Below the pieces are notes generated by a model. The model was not told the DNA's origin, ran no database searches, and worked only from the letters and a program-made list of their open reading frames with translations. Positions 45,488-55,395 of a stretch of DNA of 64,000 nucleotides are shown here, piece by piece. This DNA comes from Candidatus Woesearchaeota archaeon (GTDB lineage Archaea > Nanobdellota > Nanobdellia > SCGC-AAA011-G17 > PNOQ01): the NCBI GenBank assembly GCA_018652625.1, contig JABIBT010000021.1, positions 14,502 through 78,501 of the forward strand, in the 5' to 3' direction. Made by a program: the position numbers and the translations under genes. Each line of letters begins with the position of its first letter. Position 1 is the stretch's first letter.

Positions 45488-46107
45488 TTTTTAATCATGA
45501 TTAAAGTTTGAACTTTTTTATTTAGTAGAAGATTTATTATTGTTTTTATTGGCTTGTTTTTTCTTAAGAAATATTGATATTCTATTACTCTAATCTTATT
45601 TTTTGGATACAATCTTTTTATTAATCTAAACCAATCTTTACTAGACATCAATCTTTCATTTCCTACATCTTTAGTACCATAATTCTTGTTTGGTACACTA
45701 ACGAAAATCATATCCTTACAAACTCTTAATTGTTCATCAGTTATTTTTTTTATTTCTTTATTTGAAAAATGTTCATATAGTCCCTGTGAAAAACTTATAT
45801 CGAATGAATTATCTTTGAATTCTAGATTGAATCCATCTCCTACTTTGAATTCTGCACTTCCGTTAAATTTTTTGTTATTCTTTTTTGCTATTTCAATTAC
45901 TCCTTTATCACTATCAATTGAAACTACCTTGTATCCAAGATGACTTAGGAGTATTCCCATTACTCCTGAACCCGAACCAACTTCTAGAATTTTTTTTGGA
46001 TTTCTTTTAGCCATTTCACTAAAAAATTCATGACTATAGAAGTTTCCTAAAAATTCTTTTAAAGTTATTTTGTGACTATAAAATTCTGTCCAGCTTTTAA
46101 TCCCCAT
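45484..46107 (-). CDS. Class I SAM-dependent methyltransferase.
   Basis: ILEVGSGSGVMGILLSHLGYKVVSIDSD is present. Confidence 0.7.
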   Translation of the reverse strand: MGIKSWTEFYSHKITLKEFLGNFYSHEFFSEMAKRNPKKILEVGSGSGVMGILLSHLGYKVVSIDSDKGVIEIAKKNNKKFNGSAEFKVGDGFNLEFKDNSFDISFSQGLYEHFSNKEIKKITDEQLRVCKDMIFVSVPNKNYGTKDVGNERLMSSKDWFRLIKRLYPKNKIRVIEYQYFLRKNKPIKTIINLLLNKKVQTLIMIKK

Positions 46108-46131
46108 ATTTTAGGCTAAAATCGAGGTTAA

Positions 46132-46139
46132 TTTATAAA
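46132..46139 (-). promoter_or_regulatory. TATA box (TTTATAAA) for the methyltransferase/GT4 operon.
   Basis: It lies 32 nt upstream of the start at 46107. Confidence 0.5.
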
Positions 46140-46164
46140 CCTTATGAATTTTATGTTGGAAAGC

Positions 46165-46172
46165 TTTATAAT
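46165..46172 (+). promoter_or_regulatory. TATA box (TTTATAAT) for gmd.
   Basis: It lies 29 nt upstream of ATG 46194. Confidence 0.5.
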
Positions 46173-46193
46173 CCAATCTTTTTTCTCTTTTCT

Positions 46194-47240
46194 ATGAAGA
46201 GAGCCTTGATAACTGGTGTTACTGGTCAGGACGGTGCGTATTTGGCCCAATTTCTATTAAAGAAAGGTTATGATGTTTATGCTATCTATAGAAGGTCTTC
46301 TACTCCTAATTTTTGGAGACTACAAACCCTGGGAATTTTAGATAAGATAAAATTGATTCCTGCAGATATGGCAGATATGGGTGCTTTAATGGAAGCAGTC
46401 AAGATTGCTGACCCTGATGAAGTGTACAATTTAGCTGCTCAAAGTTATGTTGCTGCTAGTTTTGATCAACCTTTGTTTACGGCAGATGTTGATGGGTTGG
46501 GAGTTACTAGATTGTTAGAGATAGTAAGAAATTACAATAAAGAGATAAAAATTTATCAGGCATCTACTAGTGAACTTTATGGTGGCGTTAAGAAAATGCC
46601 ACAAGATGAGAAAACAGCATTCATACCAAATTCTCCTTATGCTGCTGCAAAATTGTATTCTTATCATATGATGAAGATATATAGAGAAGGATATGGAATG
46701 TTTGCTTGTAATGGAATTTTGTTTAATCATGAAAGTCCGTTAAGAGGACTGGAGTTTGTTACTAGAAAGATAACTAATGCTGCTGCCAGAATAAAATTAG
46801 GATTACAAAAAGATTTAGAATTGGGAAATCTTGATCCAAAAAGAGATTGGGGATTTGCACCAGATTATGTTAGATGTATGTGGATGATGTTACAACGAGA
46901 CAAGCCCGAGGATTTTGTTATTGCAACTGGAGAAACACATAGTGTTCAAGAATTTGTGGATACTACTTTTTCTTCTTTGAAATTGAATTGGAAGGACCAT
47001 GTTAAAATAAATAAAAAATTTGTTAGGCCATTAGATGTTTTTCATTTATGTGGAAATCCCGCTAAAGCAAGAAAAGAATTAAAATGGAAACCCCAAATTA
47101 AGTTTAAGGAACTGGTTAAAATTATGACTAAGGCGGATTTAGATAGATGGAAAAAGCATCTTAAAGGAGAGACTTTTCATTGGGATGCACCAAATTATCC
47201 TGATAATATAAATATTTATAAAAGGAGTCTTGATAAATAA
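46194..47240 (+). CDS. gmd: GDP-mannose 4,6-dehydratase.
   Basis: ALITGVTGQDGAYLAQFLLKKGY, YQASTSELYG, SPYAAAKLY and FNHESPLRG are present. Confidence 0.9.
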   Translation: MKRALITGVTGQDGAYLAQFLLKKGYDVYAIYRRSSTPNFWRLQTLGILDKIKLIPADMADMGALMEAVKIADPDEVYNLAAQSYVAASFDQPLFTADVDGLGVTRLLEIVRNYNKEIKIYQASTSELYGGVKKMPQDEKTAFIPNSPYAAAKLYSYHMMKIYREGYGMFACNGILFNHESPLRGLEFVTRKITNAAARIKLGLQKDLELGNLDPKRDWGFAPDYVRCMWMMLQRDKPEDFVIATGETHSVQEFVDTTFSSLKLNWKDHVKINKKFVRPLDVFHLCGNPAKARKELKWKPQIKFKELVKIMTKADLDRWKKHLKGETFHWDAPNYPDNINIYKRSLDK

Positions 47241-47680
47241 TGATAATGGAAATCAAAAAGAGTATTGAAGGATTTGAAAAGATATTCCATAATAATCAGT
47301 TGCTAGCTATTGTTGTTAGAGATAATTTTAACGAAGCTGGCCCAACTTTTTTTACTGAACAAGAACATGGATTCCAGTTAGCAGTTCATAATGTTGAAAA
47401 GGGTAAAAGATACAAAGCACATATTTCTTTACCATTTAAAACTCTTGAAAATTTAAATCCTAATAAAGTTTATTTTATGAAAAAAGGGAAATCTAAAATT
47501 GATCTTTATGATAATGAAGGCTTGTCTGTTGGAGAAATGGTTTTGAACCAAGGAGATTTAATTCTATTTATTAGTGGCGGACATGGATGTGATATTTTAG
47601 ATGATTCCTTTATGATTGAGTTAAAGCAAGGCCCTTATAGGGGTATCGAGGACGATAAAAAATTCTTGGAGAATAGTTAA
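47240..47680 (+). CDS. Small cupin-like protein (WbuC or sugar isomerase/epimerase-like); function uncertain.
   Basis: It is 146 aa with a beta-rich pattern and lies between gmd and the aminotransferase. The assignment rests on size and context only. Confidence 0.3.
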   Translation: MIMEIKKSIEGFEKIFHNNQLLAIVVRDNFNEAGPTFFTEQEHGFQLAVHNVEKGKRYKAHISLPFKTLENLNPNKVYFMKKGKSKIDLYDNEGLSVGEMVLNQGDLILFISGGHGCDILDDSFMIELKQGPYRGIEDDKKFLENS

Positions 47681-47681
47681 A

Positions 47682-48137
47682 GTGTCTGGTAAGTTATCTG
47701 ATGAATTGTATACGAAGTTTCATGAGAGTATGCCTATTTTTTGTGTTGATATTGTTTTAAAAAATTCTGAAGGAGGATTTTTATTGGTTAAACGATCAAA
47801 TGAGCCTGCAAATGGGCAGTGGTGGCTTCCCGGAGGAAGATTACTTCGAAATGAAACTATTGATGAGGCTGCTGTAAGAAAAATAAAAGAGGAAGTTGGA
47901 CTAGATATTAAATTGTTTAAAGGAATGAATAAGTGTTATGAATTAATTTTTAATGAGTCTCCTTTTTCTCACGGCAGAGGAACACATAACGTTACTACTT
48001 GTGTTTCTGCCGAAGTTTCTGATTTTGATGATTTTAAATTAGATGGAAATCATTCCGAGTTAAAATTGTTTCATAAAGTTGATGAAGATTGGCATCCTTA
48101 CGTCAAAGAATGTTTGAGAGAGGCAGGAATAAGATGA
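47682..48137 (+). CDS. Nudix hydrolase (GDP-mannose mannosyl hydrolase-like by context).
   Basis: The Nudix box is GGRLLRNETIDEAAVRKIKEEVGL. The start is GTG. It has an ATGA overlap with the next gene. Confidence 0.65.
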   Translation: MSGKLSDELYTKFHESMPIFCVDIVLKNSEGGFLLVKRSNEPANGQWWLPGGRLLRNETIDEAAVRKIKEEVGLDIKLFKGMNKCYELIFNESPFSHGRGTHNVTTCVSAEVSDFDDFKLDGNHSELKLFHKVDEDWHPYVKECLREAGIR

Positions 48138-49243
48138 TACCAGTTTGTGAACCTACTTTAACTGGAAAAGAAAAGGAATATGTTGGCCAGTGTTTTGATA
48201 CTAATTGGATCTCTTCTGCTGGAGAGTTTATTAAAAAATTCGAAGATGGCTTTTCAGAATATTGTGGTGTTCGACATGGCGTTGCTTGTAGTAATGGAAG
48301 TACGGCTTTACATTTAGCAGTGGAATCTTTGGGAATTGGAAAAGGTGATGAAGTTATTATGCCCGACTTTACAATTATTTCGTGTGCTAAATCAATTTTA
48401 CAATCTGGAGCTAAACCTGTTTTTATTGATGTTGAATCAGATACTTGGAATATTGATCCAAAGAAGATTAGAGAGAAAATTAATTCTAATACGAAGGCCA
48501 TTATGGTTGTACATCTTTTTGGTCACCCTTGTGAAATGGATGAAATTATGCAAATAGCTAGCGAACATAATCTGAAAATTATTGAAGATTGTGCTGAAGC
48601 GCACGGTGCAGAATATAAAGGAAAAAAAGTTGGTTCTTTTGGGGATGTTGCTTGTTTTAGTTTTTATTCTAATAAAATTATTACAACTGGTGAAGGGGGA
48701 ATGGTTATTACAAACAGCGACGAGATTGCTGAAAGATTAAGGTTATTGAGGAATCTTGCTTTTACTGAACCCAGATTTGTTCATCATGATTTTGGATATA
48801 ATTATAGACTTACTAATGTACAGGCTGCCATGGGGGTAGCACAATTGGAGAATATTGATAATTTTGTTAAGGCCAGAATTAATAACGCTAAATCTTACAA
48901 CGAGTTTTTTAAAAATTCTGATTTAGTAAGAACCCCAATTTGTAGGGAAGGAAGTAAAACAGTTTATTGGATGTATTCTGTTTTGTTGAATCAACATGAT
49001 CGAGATGATGTTATGAATAAATTAAATGAGAAAGGGATACAAACTAGAACTTTGTTTTATCCAATGCACATGCAACCTTTATTGAAAGAGAAAGGACTTG
49101 TTGATGAAAATGAGAGATTCCCAGTTTCTGAAGATTTGTGGAAAAGGGGATTTTATTTGCCTTCAAGTAGCTCTTTAACTATGGAACAGATAAAATTTAT
49201 AAGTGAGACCTTGTTAGGGGTTTTGAATGGAAATACCAACTAA
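48134..49243 (+). CDS. DegT/DnrJ/EryC1 PLP aminotransferase, GDP-perosamine synthase-like.
   Basis: MIPVCEPTLTGKEKEYVGQCFDTNWISSAGEFIKKFE runs parallel to Per/RfbE. The PLP-Lys region is FSFYSNKIITTGEGG. The start is at M16 of the ORF-track entry. Confidence 0.75.
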   Translation: MIPVCEPTLTGKEKEYVGQCFDTNWISSAGEFIKKFEDGFSEYCGVRHGVACSNGSTALHLAVESLGIGKGDEVIMPDFTIISCAKSILQSGAKPVFIDVESDTWNIDPKKIREKINSNTKAIMVVHLFGHPCEMDEIMQIASEHNLKIIEDCAEAHGAEYKGKKVGSFGDVACFSFYSNKIITTGEGGMVITNSDEIAERLRLLRNLAFTEPRFVHHDFGYNYRLTNVQAAMGVAQLENIDNFVKARINNAKSYNEFFKNSDLVRTPICREGSKTVYWMYSVLLNQHDRDDVMNKLNEKGIQTRTLFYPMHMQPLLKEKGLVDENERFPVSEDLWKRGFYLPSSSSLTMEQIKFISETLLGVLNGNTN

Positions 49244-49754
49244 ATTAAATATTGGATGTGGAAAAGATTCTAAGCCAGGTTATTATAATGTTGATTTGAT
49301 TAAATTTGATGGTGTTGATAAGGTTTTAGATTTGGATAAATTCCCATATGATTTACCTTCTGATCATTTTGATGAAATCTATTGTAAGTCTGTTTTACAA
49401 TGTGTAAAAAATCCAACTGAAGTTGTGAGTGAATTTCATAGATTATTGAAGAAAGGAGGAAGACTATACTTTGATGTTCCACATTTTAGTTCTAAAAACT
49501 GTTGGAAGGACATAACTCATAGAAGAGGATATGCGTTTCACTCTTTTGATATTTTTATGGATAATAATTTTTATGTAAGTGGTGCCAAGGTTTCTTTTTC
49601 TAGGATGAAAAGAAAATTATTTTTTGGTAAAAAGTATGCTATTTGGAATTATTTAATTGAACCATTGGCAAATAAGTATCCTAACTTATATGAAGATACT
49701 TGTTTAAGGGCTTTGTTTCCTGGTTTAGTTTTGAAAATTGAGTTTATTAAGTAA
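49227..49754 (+). CDS. SAM-dependent methyltransferase (Methyltransf_11-like).
   Basis: LNIGCG ... NVD ... LKKGGRLYF are present. Confidence 0.55.
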   Translation: MEIPTKLNIGCGKDSKPGYYNVDLIKFDGVDKVLDLDKFPYDLPSDHFDEIYCKSVLQCVKNPTEVVSEFHRLLKKGGRLYFDVPHFSSKNCWKDITHRRGYAFHSFDIFMDNNFYVSGAKVSFSRMKRKLFFGKKYAIWNYLIEPLANKYPNLYEDTCLRALFPGLVLKIEFIK

Positions 49755-50970
49755 AATTTTCTTTAAATCTCTTATAGAAAATATTGAAGTTAAACTCTTT
49801 TTTTACTCTATTTTGTGCTTTTTTTGTTAATTTATCAAATGATTTTTTATCTGTTTTATATTTTACAAATAACTCTTCGAAGGTGTTTTTTATTTTCAAT
49901 TTGTTTCTTCTGTTAACTAGAATTCCATCTTCCCCGTCTTTTATTAGTTCTGGAGGTCCTCCATTATCTGAAGCTACTACAAAACATCTTGAACCCATTG
50001 ACTCTAAAATTGTCAAAGGTCCGCCAGTTTCTTTATCTCCTAGAAATGAGAATACGTTTGCTGAGTTAAATAAATCGTATAGCACTTCATCTGGAATGAA
50101 TCCTAGGACATGTATATTTTTTGCTTTTTTACTTATGTCCTTTATTTGATCATATAATTCTCCTTTTCCACCAATTAATAATTTTACATTTGGCATATTT
50201 CTTAACTCTCTTGTTGCAGCCATTAATTCTAGAATACCTTTACTCTTTTCTAATCTAGACTGAGATAGAATAATAAAATCGCCTTCTTTTAAATCTAAGT
50301 TGAATTCTTTGTTTATTATTTCTCTTGAGGCCTTTTTGCTTTTCTTAGACAATTTTTTTGTATCTATGTACATTTGTAATCCGTTATACGCATCTTTTCT
50401 ATTGTAAATTGTGTTTGTCTGATGTGCTACGTATGCAGATAGAGTTATTATTTTATGTGTCTTTTTTTCAACTATGAATCTATCTATCTTTCTCCAATTA
50501 TTTAGAAATTTTGAATATAATCCAAATTTTTTATCTTTTACATCTGTTGGTATGAAATTTGCCTTTACTTGTTCATTGTAGTAGAGAATCCTATCTGGTT
50601 CAAACGATATGAAATATATCTTGTTTTTTAATTTTTTTAGTTTGAGCATTTCATATACAATTAAAGAACCTGGAAAATTAGTAAATACTATCTTATCATC
50701 TTCTTTTAATGTCATTAATATTCTTTCTGCCAATAGTTTAGAATAAGCTCTTATTTTTGGATTTACTTTGAAACCGAGTAAATTACTCAAAGGAATGTTT
50801 TTTACCCTTAAATGAAAGAAATTGTCTACCGTTTCATCTAGATCTGGTTCAAAGAGTGTAAATATTTTAGAATCTATTTTATTTTTTAGTAATGTCCCAT
50901 GTATATCTAACATTACTTTTTCTGCTCCGCCATATACATTGAATAATGGATGAATAAAGATGTAACCCAT
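49747..50970 (-). CDS. Glycosyltransferase family 4.
   Basis: ETGGPLTILESMGSRCFVVASDNGGPPELI is present. Confidence 0.7.
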   Translation of the reverse strand: MGYIFIHPLFNVYGGAEKVMLDIHGTLLKNKIDSKIFTLFEPDLDETVDNFFHLRVKNIPLSNLLGFKVNPKIRAYSKLLAERILMTLKEDDKIVFTNFPGSLIVYEMLKLKKLKNKIYFISFEPDRILYYNEQVKANFIPTDVKDKKFGLYSKFLNNWRKIDRFIVEKKTHKIITLSAYVAHQTNTIYNRKDAYNGLQMYIDTKKLSKKSKKASREIINKEFNLDLKEGDFIILSQSRLEKSKGILELMAATRELRNMPNVKLLIGGKGELYDQIKDISKKAKNIHVLGFIPDEVLYDLFNSANVFSFLGDKETGGPLTILESMGSRCFVVASDNGGPPELIKDGEDGILVNRRNKLKIKNTFEELFVKYKTDKKSFDKLTKKAQNRVKKEFNFNIFYKRFKENFT

Positions 50971-51015
50971 AAAAAAGGAAAATTGATAAATCTTAAAAAG
51001 CTTATGGTAGAAAAG

Positions 51016-52020
51016 TCATTTGATAGATTTTATTACTTCTTTTACAGTTATTGATTTTATTGGGTTTATTCTTTTATTTGTTATGTTTCCATATATGTCA
51101 TATGTTGGCCTTTTTAGCTTCCAGTAATACTTGGAACCTTTATTTAATGGTGCCAGTACCTTTGGATTTGTTGGCCCAAAAAGACTTATTATTTTATTGT
51201 TTACTGCAGACGCAATATGCATTGGGCCAGAATCATTTGTTAATACAATATTTGCTTTTCTCATTATTTCTGCTGTTTCATGCAAGGTAGTGTTTCCTAT
51301 TAGAGAAAGAACTTTGATTTTACTTAGTATTTTTTTCTCTATTTTTTTATCTGTTTCCCCACCTAAAAGGATTATTTTATACTTTAATCTTAGTTTTTTT
51401 ATTAATTCTATATAATTTTCTGTTGGCCAAACTTTTAGAGAAAGTCTTTGTCCTATATTCTGCCCTCCGCCTGGACAGATTACTAACACTTTTTTGCTTT
51501 TCAATTTATTGTCTTTCCAGAATTTATTTGCAAAAACTTTATCTTCTTCTGTTGGAAAAACCCCCATCTTTGTGTCTTTATAGTCTACTGGGTTTATTTT
51601 ATTTAATAATTCTAAATATGCTAGAATATCATGCTTGTTTTGAAAATAATCAACTTTTTTTGTTAGGAAAATTCCATCTTTTTTTAGTCTATTAAATCCT
51701 ATTCTTGTTTTTATACTGGTTAATTTTGCTGTCAAATTGAATATTTTATGTTTATCTAGTACAAATATTAAATCATAGTTTTGTTTTTTTATATTTCTTG
51801 TTAGTTTTAGCCATCTTAAGATTCTTTTATTTGTTATTATTCTTTCATTGAATTTAATTATTTTATCAATATTTTTGTTATTCTTTAAAATTTGAGATGA
51901 AGATTCTCCAACTAAGTAATGTATTTTTGCTTTTGGAAATGCTTTTCTTGTTTGTTTGACTAATGGAGTAGTCATTAAAACATCTCCAATTGCTCCCATC
52001 TTAAAAAATAAAATTTTCAT
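51016..52020 (-). CDS. Glycosyltransferase family 9 (heptosyltransferase-like), second copy.
   Basis: TNDSGPMHIASAVNNKIISLFGPTNP and the N-terminal GAIGDVLMTTP are present. Confidence 0.75.
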   Translation of the reverse strand: MKILFFKMGAIGDVLMTTPLVKQTRKAFPKAKIHYLVGESSSQILKNNKNIDKIIKFNERIITNKRILRWLKLTRNIKKQNYDLIFVLDKHKIFNLTAKLTSIKTRIGFNRLKKDGIFLTKKVDYFQNKHDILAYLELLNKINPVDYKDTKMGVFPTEEDKVFANKFWKDNKLKSKKVLVICPGGGQNIGQRLSLKVWPTENYIELIKKLRLKYKIILLGGETDKKIEKKILSKIKVLSLIGNTTLHETAEIMRKANIVLTNDSGPMHIASAVNNKIISLFGPTNPKVLAPLNKGSKYYWKLKRPTYDIYGNITNKRINPIKSITVKEVIKSIK

Positions 52021-52063
52021 TAATTTGTGGAAAATTTAAATTGCTTATAAGTCTTATGAATTA

Positions 52064-52384
52064 TTAGCTTACTATTAGTATGATTCCTAGTATTATAGAA
52101 ATTACACCAAGTATTTCCTTTGTTTTTACTTTTTCTTTTAGAATGTATTTTGATAATAAAACGGTCCAAACGTAAACTAGAGAAGTTATTGGATATATTA
52201 TTGAAAGATTTCCGAATCTTAAAGCCAAGACTCCAAAAATAAGCCCAGCTCCAAATATAAGAGCTATGAGAATTAAATTTTTCATTAATTTTTTTCTTAA
52301 CATACTAACTTTAAGGAAAAGCATACTTAAGGCTCCAAAAATGCTTCCTATTAATGCCAAATACAATCCGGTGAAACTTATCAT
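52064..52384 (-). CDS. Four-TM EamA/SMR-like half transporter (ArnE/ArnF-like).
   Basis: The start is set at ATG 52384 (MISFTGLYLALIGSIFG), which forms an ATGA overlap with the upstream paralog. It is about 106 aa with 4 TM segments. Confidence 0.55.
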   Translation of the reverse strand: MISFTGLYLALIGSIFGALSMLFLKVSMLRKKLMKNLILIALIFGAGLIFGVLALRFGNLSIIYPITSLVYVWTVLLSKYILKEKVKTKEILGVISIILGIILIVS

Positions 52385-52719
52385 TTTTTGTATAAAATTA
52401 AAGTTATACCTCCCATTATTAATAAAAAACCAAAAATGTTGAACATACTTATTGTTTCTCCTAAGATAAAATAAGAGATAAGATAAATCCAAATTAGACT
52501 TAGAGAAACTATGGGATATGTTTTTGACAGATACTCATTTCTTAATGAAACAATAAAGAAAAATGTAGCTATGCCATATAGAATTAAACCTAGGTAAAGA
52601 TATGGGCTTAAAATAGAATCGTAGATTGTTTTATCGGTCATACTTATCTTAAACATAAGTTGTGCAAACGCTATGAATAAGGAAGCCAATATTGCTATTA
52701 AGATATTATTCTTTTTCAT
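52381..52719 (-). CDS. Four-TM EamA/SMR-like half transporter (ArnE/ArnF-like).
   Basis: It is 112 aa with 4 TM segments, is a paralog of the downstream gene, and overlaps the upstream GT-C-like gene by 4 nt. Confidence 0.55.
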   Translation of the reverse strand: MKKNNILIAILASLFIAFAQLMFKISMTDKTIYDSILSPYLYLGLILYGIATFFFIVSLRNEYLSKTYPIVSLSLIWIYLISYFILGETISMFNIFGFLLIMGGITLILYKK

Positions 52720-54521
52720 TTTACTTCATAAATTCTAGATAATATTTGTCCATCTTTTTCGTAATTCCAAACTTCTTCTAAATGGTCATCCAACGATTCA
52801 TCCCATAAAGTTTCAAAACTATTTCTTTTTGGTAGAATAAATAATAAATCGAATTTTTTATATTCCTCTCCTTGGAGTGTTGGATCTACCCAGGTGTGTT
52901 GATTAAAATATGTAATTTCATTTGAATCTAGGAAATCTCTGTTTTCTGGAGTATCAAAGATAAGTAATGGATCAAATCTATCTACTATTTGTCCTTTATC
53001 ATCTAACCTGTATTCTGTTGTTATCCAGTCTCCGCTCCAAAAGAGATATTTTATTTTAAATTTTTCAATGTAATGTTGCCTTAGTTCTTCATTGTTACTA
53101 TACAGAATTATTGCTGCCGCCTTTACTCTTTCCTCCATGTCTAAGAAAGGATCGTTTTGAGCACGTCTGCTTACTAATACTTTTCTTCCAGTAAGGCCGT
53201 TTAGTGCAAAGCTTAATTCATTGCTGCTTAGAAAAACATCATTTACATCTGTGTTTTCTATTATGTATTCACTCATTGCTTCTAAATTTTCTGGAAGAGG
53301 GTTTCTACCTTGCTTTGCCCACATGTTCTCTTGAGAATACTCATTGAATGCCATTAGATTTAATGGAAGTAATAGTAAAATCAAAAGAAATGGGATTATA
53401 TTTTTCTTTATTTTTACTTTTTTTAAAATGAGGGTTAAACTCAACCCTATGAAAATGGTTTTTACTATTGGGATGAAAAAATCAGACATTCTTGTTGGAT
53501 AAAAATCTACTCCAATTAGGGGTCTTGTTATGAAAAAATGAAACAATCCAATTATTGCCGAGATTAAAAATACATTAATATATCTTGTAAGAGTATTCTC
53601 TTTTTTTATCAAAAATAAAGTTAGTATTCCTAGTATACAGAGTAATGATACGATTATATTTGATATTCCTGAAAAATTAAAGAATAATCCCTTGAATACG
53701 CCAACTACAAAGTCCTTTTGTGTTTCCCCATTGCTAAAATCTTTATTATTCCAGTCCAAATAGTTTTCATTTGTTTGTCCGTGATGTACAAAAATTGGTT
53801 TGAACCAATAAAGCTGTGCAATTATTAATCCTATAAGAATTAATATTCCAAATACTTTCAGGAATTTTATCATTGCTTTTTTATTTTTCAAGTTTCTGAA
53901 TATTCCAAAATAAAGAGTAGATACTCCAATTAAAATTGTTGAAGAGATAAAAGAAACTCCGTGGGAGATAGCACTTATTCCGTATATTATTCCGGTTAGA
54001 ACTGCATATTTGTAACTTTTTGTTTTTATTGTGTATAATAATGATATAAACACTAATGGCATGATGATAAAGGAGGTAAATGGAGTATACTTCATAATCA
54101 TTGAACTTTTTACTCCTAAAATTAAGAGAACTGTTGCTATCGCTATAAGTTTATTTTTGAATAATTTATAACTTACAAAAAATAGTGTAAGAAATGATAA
54201 TATTGAAAAAAGTACTGACATGGACAACATTGCAGTTATTCCACTTAAAAAAAATATATTTGAGAAAACTGCTACAAGTAAGGCATAGAATGGAAGGTAC
54301 CCTGGAAGTCCTTCTAGAACATTTGACCCTCCGAAAATATCTCCCCCATATTTTATATGGTTAATTCCTCCAAGTTGGTAATAATAATCTCCCCCATAGA
54401 TTGGACTGGGTAATTGATTTAAGCTTAATAGAAAAGGGATTATAACAGCAACATACAATACTATGCAAAGAATTAACAAATAGTTTATTTTATCTTTATT
54501 AAACTTATCAAGTATTTTCAT
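52716..54521 (-). CDS. Polytopic GT-C-like membrane protein (putative ArnT/AglS/PMT-like lipid-phosphate-sugar-dependent glycosyltransferase).
   Basis: It is 601 aa with about 12 TM helices and then a soluble C-terminal domain of ~200 aa. The first loop contains acidic and aromatic residues (GGDYYYQLGG). It sits between a Dpm1/ArnC-like GT2 and the EamA pair. Confidence 0.45.
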   Translation of the reverse strand: MKILDKFNKDKINYLLILCIVLYVAVIIPFLLSLNQLPSPIYGGDYYYQLGGINHIKYGGDIFGGSNVLEGLPGYLPFYALLVAVFSNIFFLSGITAMLSMSVLFSILSFLTLFFVSYKLFKNKLIAIATVLLILGVKSSMIMKYTPFTSFIIMPLVFISLLYTIKTKSYKYAVLTGIIYGISAISHGVSFISSTILIGVSTLYFGIFRNLKNKKAMIKFLKVFGILILIGLIIAQLYWFKPIFVHHGQTNENYLDWNNKDFSNGETQKDFVVGVFKGLFFNFSGISNIIVSLLCILGILTLFLIKKENTLTRYINVFLISAIIGLFHFFITRPLIGVDFYPTRMSDFFIPIVKTIFIGLSLTLILKKVKIKKNIIPFLLILLLLPLNLMAFNEYSQENMWAKQGRNPLPENLEAMSEYIIENTDVNDVFLSSNELSFALNGLTGRKVLVSRRAQNDPFLDMEERVKAAAIILYSNNEELRQHYIEKFKIKYLFWSGDWITTEYRLDDKGQIVDRFDPLLIFDTPENRDFLDSNEITYFNQHTWVDPTLQGEEYKKFDLLFILPKRNSFETLWDESLDDHLEEVWNYEKDGQILSRIYEVK

Positions 54522-54522
54522 C

Positions 54523-55395
54523 TTATAATTTGGTTCTTTTTATTATTAAATCTGCTATTAATGCCAATACCATTATCTGAAGACCCGTTAAAAATATCAT
54601 TATTGTTCCTGCCCCCACAGAGTTTTGAGTAACGAAATCTATACTTCCTTTTATGATACTAGAAATTAATAAAGCTAACCCCAATGGAGTAAATATTTTT
54701 AATGGATTAAAATACATAACTATCTTGAAGACTAGACTAATAAAACCTACAAAATCTCTTATTGGACTAATTGTTGATTTTCCTTCTCTTTTGAAATATT
54801 GTATTGGGATAAACATAACTGAATAATTGTTTACCATACTAGATACAGTTATTGTTGATGTAAAAGAAAATCCATTTGGAAATAAGTTCCAAAACCTTAA
54901 TGCTATATCTTTTTTGAATATTCTCAAACCAGAATTTATATCTGGGATTTTTTTACCAGTTAGGAATTCTGCTAGTTTTTTTATCATCCATTTAGCCGGT
55001 TTCCTTATTGTCGGTGCTTTAGATCCTTTTTTTGTTCTAGCACCAATGACCATATCACAAATCTTTGTATATTTTATTAATTTTTTTAAATCTTCAATTG
55101 GGTAAGTACCGTCTGCATCGGTTATTGCAATCCATTCTCCTTTTGCTTTTTTAATTCCAGTTTTTAATGAAGCTCCATATCCTTTGTTTCTTATGTGCCT
55201 CAAGTAAACTATTCCTTTCACATCTTTTAGAATTTTGTGAGAATTATCTTTTGAACCGTCATTAACTATGACTATCTCCGATTTTAATTTTATTCCCTTT
55301 AACGTTTCTTTTATTCTAATTATAGTATCTACAATTGATTTTTCTTCGTTGTATACGGGAACAACTACAGATAAATTTACCATTTTACTTTCCAA
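54523..55395 (-). CDS. GT2 polyprenyl-phosphate glycosyltransferase (Dpm1/ArnC/GtrB/AglD-like) with two C-terminal TM helices.
   Basis: VVVPVYNEEKSI, VNDGSKDNS and TDADGTYP are present, followed by the C-terminal TM pair. Confidence 0.8.
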   Translation of the reverse strand: MESKMVNLSVVVPVYNEEKSIVDTIIRIKETLKGIKLKSEIVIVNDGSKDNSHKILKDVKGIVYLRHIRNKGYGASLKTGIKKAKGEWIAITDADGTYPIEDLKKLIKYTKICDMVIGARTKKGSKAPTIRKPAKWMIKKLAEFLTGKKIPDINSGLRIFKKDIALRFWNLFPNGFSFTSTITVSSMVNNYSVMFIPIQYFKREGKSTISPIRDFVGFISLVFKIVMYFNPLKIFTPLGLALLISSIIKGSIDFVTQNSVGAGTIMIFLTGLQIMVLALIADLIIKRTKL

